Source: an uncultured Spirochaetota bacterium (GTDB taxonomy: Bacteria > Spirochaetota > Brevinematia > Brevinematales > JAOACQ01). Taken from it: a DNA stretch of 64,000 nucleotides. Shown in pieces: positions 7,831 through 18,602 of this stretch. The stretch spans positions 480,001-544,000 of the forward strand of contig CAWAOD010000005.1 in NCBI GenBank assembly GCA_963783575.1. The letters run 5' to 3'. The number at the start of each line of letters is the position of its first letter. Positions within the stretch are counted from its first letter, which is position 1. Position numbers and translations under genes: made by a program. The notes under the pieces are model-generated. The model saw only the letters and a program-made list of their open reading frames with translations, was not told the DNA's origin and searched no databases.

Positions 7831-9458
7831 TTACCTTTTATGTTTCAGACGGGTTTTTTTGTTCAAAGTTTTATTGTTTATCGATTTTGATAATTTCTTC
7901 GATATAATACTTCTATAAGCATCCGGAATTATTCCATAATTTGTGTTTGTAATGCAATTAGTACTCATGAAGCCATATTCACCGGAATCCCAGTCCTGGC
8001 TGACAAAATACAAATAAAGAGGAGTGCCGGTAGTAAGATCGGGATCGCTAAAATCCAGCTCCAGAATCCCTGTATCTACTCCATAACCGTCTCCAATGTA
8101 ATTGGTATTCATTCTATCCATTAAATTGGTATAATTATCATCATAAGTTAAATTCTCATCTGTCAGTGTTTCATTATAAGAAATAATATCAGAAGTTGTT
8201 ACAGGGCTGGTATAAATATAAAAATAATCGTCAATATTTGCGCTGGCTTCGACGAGGTAATCGTAAACTCCATTGTAAATATCCTGGACAGCGCTATTGT
8301 CCGAATTATCGGCCGCCGCTTCATTAGAGTAGCTGTCATATTTAGTGTAATAAAGCGAACTTACCTGATTTGAGTCTCCGGTATATATATACCAGGTGCT
8401 GCCGCCGTCTTCCGAATCCGCAGCATAAACTGTTCCGGTTGAATTGAACCCTTCCTGGTACAGATAGGTATATTGCGGAGATCCGACATCATGCTCTTTA
8501 TATGTAGTGGTTAGATAACCCCCGCTATCATCCGCGAAACCGACGGTCTGGTAGGAATATTTTCCGTAACTGTCCGAGTAATTCTCGGTATATGCTACCC
8601 AAACACCGTGCAGACTGCTGTTTGTATCCTGCTTCATGGAAAGATTTGCCAGATAATTATAATCATTCGGAGCTTGCTCCAAATAGAGCATTTTAGCGGC
8701 TTTCCTATTGTCGTCATATGTGAAAATATAGCCGTTGGTACCATAGTTTGTGTCTGTATAATCCAGTTTAAGACTGCTCCAATTTGAACTCCAGGAGGCT
8801 GTAAAATCTTCCGAGGGATCATATGTAAATTGGTAATCATAATTAGAATCCCCCGATAGCTTTGTATAAAGGAAAGGGTCTAAAAGGTAGGGTGTACTGC
8901 TTAAAAAGTTGTCCAGATAATCAATGTCAATTCCTTCGGGGTCAGGAACAACGGACATGACTTTATTGGTATAATACTGATCATAGGTTACTTCTACGTT
9001 AGTATAATCCTGAGTACTGGGAATAAGGTTGCTGACCGCGACATAAACTAAAACCAGGTCCATGGCGGCATAGCCTTCGCTTGTTACCATATTGCTTACC
9101 ATACCCGTTATCTCCTGATATGCCCCGCTGTCACTTATAGTATTTCTTGCCAAGCCATGCCTCTTTTTTGATGCGGCAATTTTGTTCTGTGATTTTGATA
9201 AATGCACCGACCTGCCCTTTATAACAATATGATGGTTCCAGATTAAGCTTTTCAGCTTCAATTTTAGTGAATCAGGCGTCTGAAGGCCCATTTTTAGCTT
9301 TAAATCATTATTGGAATTGCCAGGTGTACTGGAATTAACTGCTGTGCTTGACGTTGAGCTCGAGTTTGAATTTCCTCCCTTAGGACTCGTGAACATGACC
9401 AAAAAAGCCACCCGACAAGACTTAAAACAAAAATTAATTTTATATACTTAGTCAGCAT
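7831..9458 (-). CDS. Putative lipoprotein, Tyr/Asp/Ser/Thr/Asn-rich (frameshift just after the lipobox)
   Basis: RBS GGAGG plus ATG at 9458 gives MLTKYIKLIFVLSLVGWLFWSC; restoring one A at ~9390 joins it to the long ORF (CSTSPKGGNSNSSS...). Confidence 0.65.
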
Positions 9459-9549
9459 AAAAATTCCTCCTTAAAAAACTTGTTTTTACTATAATACCTT
9501 TTTTTAAAAAAATCAATGAATAATTTATAATAATCTAAAATATTTATAA

Positions 9550-11258
9550 CCCAAACTGAGCGATTTTTTAATAAATACCAAAAACAGGTTTATAAAAGCC
9601 AAAATTTATAAAAATTTGGATATATTTTTTTGTCACCGGTTAATTTGCCGAATTTATGCGTTTGAAAGCACTAAAATCATCAATCTCTGAGATATTTTCA
9701 ATTTTTGGCGCAATACCCCCTTATTAATCCATGAAAACAGAGCGCATCTTTAAATCGGGGTAACCGTTCCGCATTTCTCCCACAAATCTAACAATTTAAA
9801 CCTGTCAACTACTTCTTCCCTGAATTTTAAAATAGCCCGCCCGCCTGTTTTAACAATCTTTCCCGCAATATCAATAAATATTCGCCTGACCGTATCCGGA
9901 TAACTTTCCACTGGTATTTCCGGTATATCCATATCCGCCTGATAAGCCGACAGCAGATTATACGCTATTATCGATAAAAAATAATATACACCGTTTGATA
10001 CAAAACTCTTAAACGGCAGTGTTTCATCCACGAATTCTTTTATTCCACGGTTCACCAGTTCATCTTTTGCCCTCAGATGATAGAGCCTCACTATTTCCTC
10101 TGCCGTCATATATTTCACAAGCCCCTTTTCTTTCAATACTTCCGCTTCTTCAAGATTTGTATAAATAATATTTTCAGGCCTGTCGAACGCTAATCTGAAA
10201 ACCCCGTCTTCACATTCATATTTGGTATAAATGGCACGGTATCCCTTTTCCCAGCTATCCCGTCTGTCCCGAAAGTCCAGGTATTCAATTACATCTCCTT
10301 TTTTCTCAAACCTTCTCCATTCTTCCGGCAATCGCTTCATCAAATCGAGTTTGATTGAATCCAGTATTCTCCCGCCGCATATAAAGAACAGTTTCAGGTC
10401 TTCCAGCTTCTTAAAATACTTTTGGTCAAAAAACCCGCTATCAGACACAACGATAATCGGCACCTCTTTGTCATAGCATTTCCGGATTTCCTTCACTGTT
10501 TCTTCCAGCATTGTAAACAGATCGTCACCGTGATTCGGGGATTCGCTTCCTTCGTGGAACGCCAGGTTCACGATAAAACCATTCCAATACATATGCAGCG
10601 GATGATACCCGTTAACCTTTTTGTAGGTATAAGTCACGCCGTTTCGCTTTTTAGCGTCATCATTATTCAGTACCATCGTATCAAGTCCGAGAATAATAAC
10701 TTTCGGGTTCTTTATCTTGAGACGCCAGACAAAAAGCTTAATTAGAATCTTTTGAAGCTCTTTAAACATTGTCTTTTTTACCACTGAAAAAAATCTCTTT
10801 ATCACATGGGATGAGCACATATTGTCTTTGCTGCATTCAATGGCCTTTCTGTGCCCGATATCATTTGCCAATTCATCAAACCGGGTCATGGTAAATTTGC
10901 TTCCATCTATGAAAAACAGCATCAATTGAGAAATAATTTTTTCTATATCTTTACCTTTGCGGCTCTTGCGAATTCCCTGAAATACTTCGCTGATCAGGGG
11001 AATAACTTTAATATTCTTGAGATATCTCAGGACAAACGTAAGCCCGCCGCGGCTGGTAAGACAATCTTTCGTTATGCCGATTTTTTGAATCTCATTTCCC
11101 TGAATTTTGCGATTTTTATTTTTTTCAGTCATAATTTACCTGCTTTTGCACCCAATGGGTGTTATTCCGGGGTAAGGATGGCTGTAACCATTTCCTTACC
11201 CCATTTTATTTTAGCATGGTTTTATTTTTATGGATAGTTAAGAATCGCTCAGTTTAGG
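9550..11258 (-). mobile_element. Complete IS1380-family insertion sequence
   Basis: Terminal inverted repeats CCCAAACTGAGCGATT / AATCGCTCAGTTTAGG; 5-bp target duplication TATAA at 9545-9549 and 11259-11263. Confidence 0.92.
9750..11132 (-). CDS. IS1380-family transposase
   Basis: LTSRGGL, LGLDTMV, YKKVNGYHPL, VVSDSGFF and YHLRAKDELVNRGIKE (DDE) motifs. Confidence 0.9.
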   Translation of the reverse strand: MTEKNKNRKIQGNEIQKIGITKDCLTSRGGLTFVLRYLKNIKVIPLISEVFQGIRKSRKGKDIEKIISQLMLFFIDGSKFTMTRFDELANDIGHRKAIECSKDNMCSSHVIKRFFSVVKKTMFKELQKILIKLFVWRLKIKNPKVIILGLDTMVLNNDDAKKRNGVTYTYKKVNGYHPLHMYWNGFIVNLAFHEGSESPNHGDDLFTMLEETVKEIRKCYDKEVPIIVVSDSGFFDQKYFKKLEDLKLFFICGGRILDSIKLDLMKRLPEEWRRFEKKGDVIEYLDFRDRRDSWEKGYRAIYTKYECEDGVFRLAFDRPENIIYTNLEEAEVLKEKGLVKYMTAEEIVRLYHLRAKDELVNRGIKEFVDETLPFKSFVSNGVYYFLSIIAYNLLSAYQADMDIPEIPVESYPDTVRRIFIDIAGKIVKTGGRAILKFREEVVDRFKLLDLWEKCGTVTPI

Positions 11259-11295
11259 TATAATAAAAATTTTTACAAAATAATAGTAAATTCTA

Positions 11296-11323
11296 TTGAC
11301 AGAAATTTTATAATAATTAGAAT
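11296..11323 (+). promoter_or_regulatory. sigma70-like promoter
   Basis: TTGACA-16-TAGAAT upstream of the 965-aa gene. Confidence 0.5.
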
Positions 11324-11412
11324 AACATGCCGCCAGAAATATGGCTGGCAGGAAAACCGGAATCAACTGTAATAAAATGTTTTAAAGTAAAATTTACCGG
11401 GGGTATGTTATT

Positions 11413-14310
11413 ATGATAAAAAAGACAAGTCTATTAGCGCTGTTAATGTTTTTTATTTGTGCCGGTTCGGCTTTTTGTGTTTTTGACTACGGGCGCAAGC
11501 TATATACAACCAGCACAAAGTATTTCGATATTATTTACGCGGAAAATTCCAAAGATACGGCTTTTTATATCGCTTCATTTGCCGATGACTTTTTTGAGAA
11601 AATCAATGCCCTGGTTCAAGACAAATGGAAGGAAAGAATCACGGTAGTTATTAGCGATGATCATGACGATGCTCAGGGCTATGCCAATGTAACCCCGGGT
11701 TATTCAACCATTACTATATTCGATACCCCGGCTGAAGTTGACACGACTGTCGGTAACAGTAAAAATTTTGTAAAATATGAATTTTTTCATGAATCGACGC
11801 ATGTCATCTCTCTGAATACCAGGAGCAAGCTCCTTGAGATTTTATCAAAAATTTTCGGTAACTGGGTCTACCCCCAATCGGCATTGCCATGGTTTATGGT
11901 TGAGGGAATAACCGTAAGCACTGAAAATTCGGATGCGAGAGAAGACTTCAATCATACCGACGGAAGGATCAATCACCCATGGATAGCCGAACAGCTTAAG
12001 CAGGATATCGTGGAAAACAGGTTTAAAAATCCGCAGCAGGCTACCGGAACTTATGATACTTATCCTATCAGATATATATTCTACCATTACGGCGGTTTTT
12101 TTAACCACTATATCGAAAAAAAATACGGGGCTGAAAAATACTCGGAATTATGGCATAAAACGGGGGATAATATTCTGGCCGCAATCGGGAACGGCTGGCA
12201 GTTGAATGGGGCAGGAGTTTTCGACGCTTATACACCGGTTATGTTTTTAGGAAATACCTTCGGTTTCGGCATGGCTTTTAAATCGGTTTATGGAGTTTCT
12301 ATAGAAGACGAATGGAAGAATTTTATGGAGGATATGCGTTACAAGGGAAAACTGGACACCAACACCAATACATTGATCGACAGCAATATATGGGTTGATT
12401 ATCCGGTCCTGGTTAAAGGTAAACTCTATTATATCGACCATTTTAACGAAGCCGTCGTCTGTTATGATATTCAGAGCAAGAAATCGGTTTACCTGGTGGA
12501 AGGTGAAGGAATTGAATCCATTTCAGTCTCAAAAGACGGAAAAAACATGCTTGTCAACCGCTTTGTTTATAAAGACAGGGTAAATGGTCTGACAAAGGCG
12601 GTCACTCAGTTTTATGATCTTGAGAAAAGATGTTTTACCGGAAAAGAAATAGAAGGGTTCCGTGAAGTCAGCTTTTTCAATGACGGCTTGATCGGCATTA
12701 GGGCCAAGAAACACTATACCGATCTTGTAAAAATCGATTTAAATGGAAATTCAGATATTGTGCTGGCCGGTAATGACACCCTTTATTACAGTACGCCGAA
12801 GCAGTTCAATGATAATGAGATAGTTTTCCTGATGAGCGATAATAATATTATTAAAATCGGTAAATATAATTTTGAAACTAAGTCCGCTCAATCGCTCGAA
12901 GCCCCCGTAAAATATGTAAAAAATATCGGTGTTTATGAGGGTAAGATATTCTTCTGCTACAATAATGACTTTACATTTTATAAAATGGCTGTGGCGGATG
13001 GAACAAATTTAACCATACAGACAAACAATGTTTCCGGCGGCGTATTTTTCCCAATGATGGAAAATAACCGGATCTATTATGCCGGGAGCTTTTCACAGGG
13101 TTATAAGTTTATGGTTTATCCCGAAAATTTCAATAGTCTTACCGGAACAAATATAGCAGCCGTTTATGCGGATTTTAACGGAAATAGCAGTACAAACGGA
13201 AGAATTGTAGATTATAAGGGAACTGTCAGTGATTATAACGCATTTCCTTATTTACTTCCGCATAACTGGATTCCAATGATCGGCTTTATGGGAGCCGATA
13301 TGCTTGATTACAACACTCTCTATTCCTGGACAACAGGGCAGCAGCAATTCAACGGAATAGACAGCGCAGGTATATTTACGCGAATGGAAGACCCGACGGC
13401 TATGAACACGATTAATTTAATGTTATTATACAATTTTCTCTATCCCTTTGCTGATGTCGGAATAGACTGGAAAAGCAGCGCCCTGCCGGTTCATTTCGAG
13501 GTGATAGCCGGAGACAAATTGAAATATCCTTTATCATTATACGGTTTTGTTTTTTATTCTTATTACAGGGATACAAGCGGAGCGCTTGATTTAAACTATA
13601 CTTTTAACTTTATATCTCAAAATCAGTATTTGAAAATCGGAACAACGCAATCCTATGACGTTAACTTCGCAGATTTTAGTATGGCGATTATTAACCCTTA
13701 TTCATGGCCAGAGTTACAGGATACTTATTCTTCGAAAGTTTACTTCAAACTGGCTGATTATACCATGTTCCATCAGTACCGGACATATAACTATGTTAGA
13801 GGATTTGAATTAAACGGATATTATACTTATAATATTCTTAACCAGGATATTAATAACACATATTGGCAAACCGGCGGAGATTTACAGGTATATCCTTATT
13901 ATTTCCCACTGATTATTAAAATTAACGCCGCTTATAATTCTATCGGTATTTTAAGTCCATACAGCCAGGGATATAATGAATTTTCATATGTGGGATTATA
14001 TTCCTATTATTATACAGGAGGAGATGCAGCTGCCGAACTTTTAAATTTTGATACCCAGTATGGCCTGCCGCTTTTTCTTCCAGTTTATATTAACCAGATT
14101 TCCTGGACAGCCGGCTACAGAAACGCTTACCTTGCAGAAACTTACCTGCAGTCGATATACAGCAGGTTAACATTAACGATGCCGTATATGTACGGGTCTT
14201 ATTCGCAGGTAAAAGTAAATATCTTTGGAGAGGTTTACTACGCTATAAGTACAGGCGGATATGGCTTTTTTATAGGGTTTGATATCGGAAAGCAGGGACA
14301 GGAGAATTGA
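11413..14310 (+). CDS. Exported protein: zincin-like peptidase domain, beta-propeller and putative outer-membrane beta-barrel
   Basis: Signal peptide; FFHESTH...WFMVEG gluzincin motif; TolB-like middle repeats; aromatic, alternating beta-strand C-terminal third. Confidence 0.6.
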   Translation: MIKKTSLLALLMFFICAGSAFCVFDYGRKLYTTSTKYFDIIYAENSKDTAFYIASFADDFFEKINALVQDKWKERITVVISDDHDDAQGYANVTPGYSTITIFDTPAEVDTTVGNSKNFVKYEFFHESTHVISLNTRSKLLEILSKIFGNWVYPQSALPWFMVEGITVSTENSDAREDFNHTDGRINHPWIAEQLKQDIVENRFKNPQQATGTYDTYPIRYIFYHYGGFFNHYIEKKYGAEKYSELWHKTGDNILAAIGNGWQLNGAGVFDAYTPVMFLGNTFGFGMAFKSVYGVSIEDEWKNFMEDMRYKGKLDTNTNTLIDSNIWVDYPVLVKGKLYYIDHFNEAVVCYDIQSKKSVYLVEGEGIESISVSKDGKNMLVNRFVYKDRVNGLTKAVTQFYDLEKRCFTGKEIEGFREVSFFNDGLIGIRAKKHYTDLVKIDLNGNSDIVLAGNDTLYYSTPKQFNDNEIVFLMSDNNIIKIGKYNFETKSAQSLEAPVKYVKNIGVYEGKIFFCYNNDFTFYKMAVADGTNLTIQTNNVSGGVFFPMMENNRIYYAGSFSQGYKFMVYPENFNSLTGTNIAAVYADFNGNSSTNGRIVDYKGTVSDYNAFPYLLPHNWIPMIGFMGADMLDYNTLYSWTTGQQQFNGIDSAGIFTRMEDPTAMNTINLMLLYNFLYPFADVGIDWKSSALPVHFEVIAGDKLKYPLSLYGFVFYSYYRDTSGALDLNYTFNFISQNQYLKIGTTQSYDVNFADFSMAIINPYSWPELQDTYSSKVYFKLADYTMFHQYRTYNYVRGFELNGYYTYNILNQDINNTYWQTGGDLQVYPYYFPLIIKINAAYNSIGILSPYSQGYNEFSYVGLYSYYYTGGDAAAELLNFDTQYGLPLFLPVYINQISWTAGYRNAYLAETYLQSIYSRLTLTMPYMYGSYSQVKVNIFGEVYYAISTGGYGFFIGFDIGKQGQEN

Positions 14311-14379
14311 TTCTACCGGATTAACTGAAATTATCCTTAAATTCTATAGTACTAAAGTTGTAATCAAAAGGAGTAAAGC

Positions 14380-17190
14380 ATGGCTGAACCAATTTCAATG
14401 AAAGAAAAAATAAATATCTCCAAGAAAACTATTATTGCTATTGTTGGAACTTTTATTATTATCATATTAGTTTTTACCGCACTTTTATTTACCGGAAAAA
14501 TTGTTGACCTGGGTTTATTCTCAAAAATAGATAAGGATTTTTCATTTGTCTCTCCTTATCTTGTCTCACTTGACTCAAAGAATAACATCTGCCTTGTTGA
14601 CAATCGTTCCAAAAGACTGACCAAATTAACTCCAAAAGGTGAAGTAGTCTTTTCCCTTCAGGGCGGAAAGAGAAACAAGGGGGATTTTTACCTTCTATTG
14701 GATACGGCCCTTGACGACCATGATTATATCTATATCCTAAACGTCATTGTTGATATAGTAGATGGATATCCCGGGGTTTACGAAATTCTGCGTTACACGC
14801 CTGAAGGGCATTATGACAGCACAATATTCAGGTATGAACGCAGTAAAGAGGAACGTCAGGATACCAGTGACGGTTATATTCTGGGGAATATCCAGGTAAA
14901 GAATAACTTCGTTTATTATGTTTTTTATACCAAAAAGGAAGGCAGTCAATTCTTCAAAGCTCCAATTAACGGAGGGAAGCCGGAACTTATCCTTACCATG
15001 AAGGACAAGGTCGATTTTATTAACATGGTCGGTACCGAACCGGGAAATATTTATCTGACAAAGTTTAACGGAAAGATTTATAAAGTTCTGGAAGACGGTT
15101 CATTAAAACCGCTGGATGATATCAATAAAGCAATTTCCGCTCCATGGGGGCTGAGGATTGATGAAGATAAAAACCTTTATGTTACTGATATTGATACCCA
15201 GAATATTTTCAAGATACTTCCCGGTAATGTTGTTTCAACATTTATAACAAAAGATATTTTAGGTGATCAGGGTTATAAAGTAAAAAATGTGGTTTTCAGA
15301 TACTTTTCATTAACCTCATCCGGAAGCATCACAGTTGTTGATGAATTAAACGACTCCATTCTGACTTTCGGTCCCGATGGAAAAATTGTAAACAAGCTCA
15401 ATAAAGGTTATTATTCCCCAAAGATAATAATTCTTAATATTATTTATAAAGTGGAATTTGTTATACTAGTAATAGCTCTTTTATTCCTGATAATCTTATT
15501 CTACTTGAAGGTATTATTTAGAAGGCTGCCTCTAGTATTTAAACAGTTCGCCGTTTTCCTTCCGCTGATAGCCCTATCTATAGCGATTGCTTCGATCCAG
15601 ACATATAACCAGCTTTACAATAAACAATTGGATGCTTTGTATGATCATGTGGCTATGATTGCGCAAATCGGCTCTGAAAAAATAGACGGGGATGCCCTTG
15701 AAAGAATTACCAAACCTGAAGATTTCATGGGCAAGGATTATCTCAAAGTTGAAAAAGAAATGCATGATATAATGCATGATAACCAGGACAAGTGGAATGA
15801 GCTGCCGTATTCCAGAATTTATAAGTTTAGAAATGGTTTGTGTTACATTACAGTCGACTGGTCCAGCCGTTACGGAGTACTCTATCCGTTTACCTATTTT
15901 CAGCAAGTCCACAAAGACGCTTATGAAAAGGGTAAAATCGGCTATACAAGATACAGCGATTTTGACAGCGATCTGCTGGTAGGTGTCGCACCGATCAGGA
16001 ACTCCAAGGGAGTTATCACAGGCGTATATGAGGTTATGATTGATTCTTACATTCTTAATGAACAGCAGAAGGAATTTGTAAGGAACCTGATATCAACCGT
16101 TACAATATCCCTTGTCGTTATTATAGGAGCGTTCTCGATATTTATCTATCTGCTGCTCCAGGCCCTGGGAAAACTGCGGAGCGCATTAATTGAAGTTTCA
16201 AGCGGTATGTGGGATGCATCAATCGACATCCGGAGCCGTGATGAAATTGAAGACCTTGGAAAGGGATTTAATATAATGGCAGGAACAATACGTTCTTATA
16301 TTGCTCAAATTACAAACTTGAACAGGGCCTACTTCAGATTTGTGCCTAACGAGTTTTTGAAGTTTCTAGAAAAGCAGAGCATTTTAGAAATCAGCCTGGG
16401 CAACCAGGTTCAGAAAGAGATGACGATTATGTTCTCGGATATCCGTTCATTCACAAGCCTCTCGGAAAAGATGACTCCGGAGGAAAATTTTAACTTCATA
16501 AACGGCTATCTGAAACGAATGGGACCTGTCATCAGGCAAAATAAGGGATTTATTGATAAATATATTGGTGACGCTATTATGGCGCTCTTCGCTGAAAAGG
16601 CCGAAGACGGCGTAAAAACCGGGATTGAGATGAAGATAAAATTGGCGGATTATAACAAAAAAAGGCAGGAAAACGGCTTGCAGGAGATAAGCATCGGTGT
16701 TGGGCTTCATACTGGGAATCTAATGCTTGGAATCATAGGCGAAGAGGAAAGAATGGATGGTACGGTAATATCAGATAATGTTAACCTCGCATCGCGTCTG
16801 GAAGGATTGACGAAAATGTACGGAGCAGGCATTATTATTAGTGAAAATACATTCAGCCGTATTCAAGACATAGAAAAAAAATACCATTACCGTTTTCTGG
16901 ACAAAGTCCGGGTTAAAGGTAAAAATGAGTCTGTTACAATTTATGAAATCCTTGACGGATCTTCCGAAGGACAAATTGAACTCAAAACAAAAACCAGGGA
17001 TAATTATTATGCGGCTTTAAAGATGTACCAGATTGGTAAATTTAAGGAAGCTATACAAATGTTTGAACAAATCCTTAAAATCAATGATCATGACAAAGCC
17101 TGCAATCTGTTTATTGAACGCTGTGAAAAATACATAAAATTCGGTTCTCCTGAAAACTGGGATGGAGCAGAGCACCTGGACGAAAAATAA
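14380..17190 (+). CDS. Membrane class III adenylate/guanylate cyclase with NHL-repeat sensor and HAMP domain
   Basis: MFSDIRSFT, FIDKYIGDAIMA, GVGLHTG and ISDNVNLASRLEGL motifs; HAMP RDEIEDLGKGFN; NHL-like PWGLRIDEDKNLYVTD; four TM helices. Confidence 0.9.
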   Translation: MAEPISMKEKINISKKTIIAIVGTFIIIILVFTALLFTGKIVDLGLFSKIDKDFSFVSPYLVSLDSKNNICLVDNRSKRLTKLTPKGEVVFSLQGGKRNKGDFYLLLDTALDDHDYIYILNVIVDIVDGYPGVYEILRYTPEGHYDSTIFRYERSKEERQDTSDGYILGNIQVKNNFVYYVFYTKKEGSQFFKAPINGGKPELILTMKDKVDFINMVGTEPGNIYLTKFNGKIYKVLEDGSLKPLDDINKAISAPWGLRIDEDKNLYVTDIDTQNIFKILPGNVVSTFITKDILGDQGYKVKNVVFRYFSLTSSGSITVVDELNDSILTFGPDGKIVNKLNKGYYSPKIIILNIIYKVEFVILVIALLFLIILFYLKVLFRRLPLVFKQFAVFLPLIALSIAIASIQTYNQLYNKQLDALYDHVAMIAQIGSEKIDGDALERITKPEDFMGKDYLKVEKEMHDIMHDNQDKWNELPYSRIYKFRNGLCYITVDWSSRYGVLYPFTYFQQVHKDAYEKGKIGYTRYSDFDSDLLVGVAPIRNSKGVITGVYEVMIDSYILNEQQKEFVRNLISTVTISLVVIIGAFSIFIYLLLQALGKLRSALIEVSSGMWDASIDIRSRDEIEDLGKGFNIMAGTIRSYIAQITNLNRAYFRFVPNEFLKFLEKQSILEISLGNQVQKEMTIMFSDIRSFTSLSEKMTPEENFNFINGYLKRMGPVIRQNKGFIDKYIGDAIMALFAEKAEDGVKTGIEMKIKLADYNKKRQENGLQEISIGVGLHTGNLMLGIIGEEERMDGTVISDNVNLASRLEGLTKMYGAGIIISENTFSRIQDIEKKYHYRFLDKVRVKGKNESVTIYEILDGSSEGQIELKTKTRDNYYAALKMYQIGKFKEAIQMFEQILKINDHDKACNLFIERCEKYIKFGSPENWDGAEHLDEK

Positions 17191-17211
17191 TATTATTGAT
17201 TTGACATCATA

Positions 17212-17856
17212 ATGAAATTTATATTAATTTTTACTGTTTCATTCTTTTTAATTACTGTTTCAAGCTGTTTTGACTATAGCAATGTCAAAGGTATCGCAGT
17301 GCCAAAAGCTGATTCAGTTGTGCTTCCTGATAAAATAAAAATAAATGTTGTTCACATTTCACAGCTTGATAAGAAATCATGCGCGACCACTTCAGCCGCG
17401 ATGGCTATTTCCCATTACAAAGGCCTGGATGATAAACCACTGGATAAAGAAGCAGTCTGGAAAATATCAGAAACAGACGAAAAAACTGTTCGTACTTTAG
17501 GTAATGATATGAAAGGGTTGGAGCGTATTGCAAATTATTATGGTTTTAAAAGCGAGTATGTGGAATATCTAACTTTTTTTGATCTTGAATTCCTTTTATC
17601 AAAAGGTATTTTGGTTTTAATTAATATAAGAGTTTATAAATCAGAATACACCACTCATGCTGTTTTAGTTACTGGATATGACAGGACTAAGGAGGTATTC
17701 TATGTTAACGATCCGGCAGACAACGGCTTATATAGCGGCGGATATGAACTGATTTATTCCGATCTTGACTCACGATGGTCTGCATACTTAAGTTCTCCTA
17801 GAGGTATGTCATACAGAAGCGGATTTATTATTTATCCAAAAACAGAAATAAAATAG
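17212..17856 (+). CDS. C39-like cysteine peptidase, probable lipoprotein
   Basis: Lipobox-like TVSSC; Q...SCATTSAAM, HAVLVTGYD and VNDP motifs. Confidence 0.8.
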   Translation: MKFILIFTVSFFLITVSSCFDYSNVKGIAVPKADSVVLPDKIKINVVHISQLDKKSCATTSAAMAISHYKGLDDKPLDKEAVWKISETDEKTVRTLGNDMKGLERIANYYGFKSEYVEYLTFFDLEFLLSKGILVLINIRVYKSEYTTHAVLVTGYDRTKEVFYVNDPADNGLYSGGYELIYSDLDSRWSAYLSSPRGMSYRSGFIIYPKTEIK

Positions 17857-17893
17857 ATTGTGCCTATAAGTTCAAAGAAAGGAGAATTTATTA

Positions 17894-18237
17894 ATGATAA
17901 TTAAAAAAGAAGAGATTAATGCAACTGATTTTAATGGTTTAAGCATTTTTGATTATACTTCAAAATGTAAAGAAAAATCTTCATTTGCTGTATAAACGTA
18001 CCACCTAATGTTAGTCATCAATTGTCGTGGTCAAAAAGATCTGATAAATTTTATTATATTATGGATGGTAAAATAGATTTTACGATTAATGATATGAATT
18101 ATACTCAAAATAATGGTGATTTTAGTATTATTAAAAAAGGAGAAAAATTTAAATACAAAAATAATTCCAATGAAGTTGCAACACTCATACTGGTTCATAC
18201 ACCAAATTTTAAACTAAATGAAGAAGTATTTGAATAA
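17894..18237 (+). CDS. Cupin-domain protein (frameshift at ~17993)
   Basis: RBS AAAGGAG plus ATG at 17894 gives MIIKKEEINATDFNGLSIFDY...; one missing A joins it to ORF 18022-18237 (YYIMDGKIDF...IIKKGEKFKYKN). Confidence 0.7.
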
Positions 18238-18252
18238 ATTGAAATTGGGTGA

Positions 18253-18283
18253 TTTGGAATTTTAAATAAATTAAAATTCCAAA
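18253..18283. terminator. Perfect 13-bp AT-rich inverted repeat after the cupin gene
   Basis: TTTGGAATTTTAA-ataaa-TTAAAATTCCAAA; could be a terminator or a protein-binding site. Confidence 0.4.
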
Positions 18284-18602
18284 CTTTATACAGTTGCATC
18301 ATGCTTGATTCCCTTATGTTTTATGAGCATTAACCACTCGGGATCATCAATAAATAAATGCTTCATTTTTTTATCAAATTCATCTATGACGAATGAGTCA
18401 ATATTCTTATCATCCTCGCCGTATTTTGCAAGAATTGCTGCTTTGGGTTTTCGATCATAAATAAAAAGGATCGAATATATGCTTAAGTCTCACTTGATTA
18501 TTATATTATTTTTGAGTAAATTTAATAGTTATTTAATCTTTAATTCTGAAAAAGTTATTTCTAATCAAATTACAATCAAATCTATTCTCATGGAGGTATT
18601 CA

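Noticed and set aside
18287..18470. Open minus-strand frame of ~55 codons (YDRKPKAAILAKYGEDD...HDATV*)
   Set aside because: No start codon or RBS and no family recognised; may be a gene remnant but cannot be supported.
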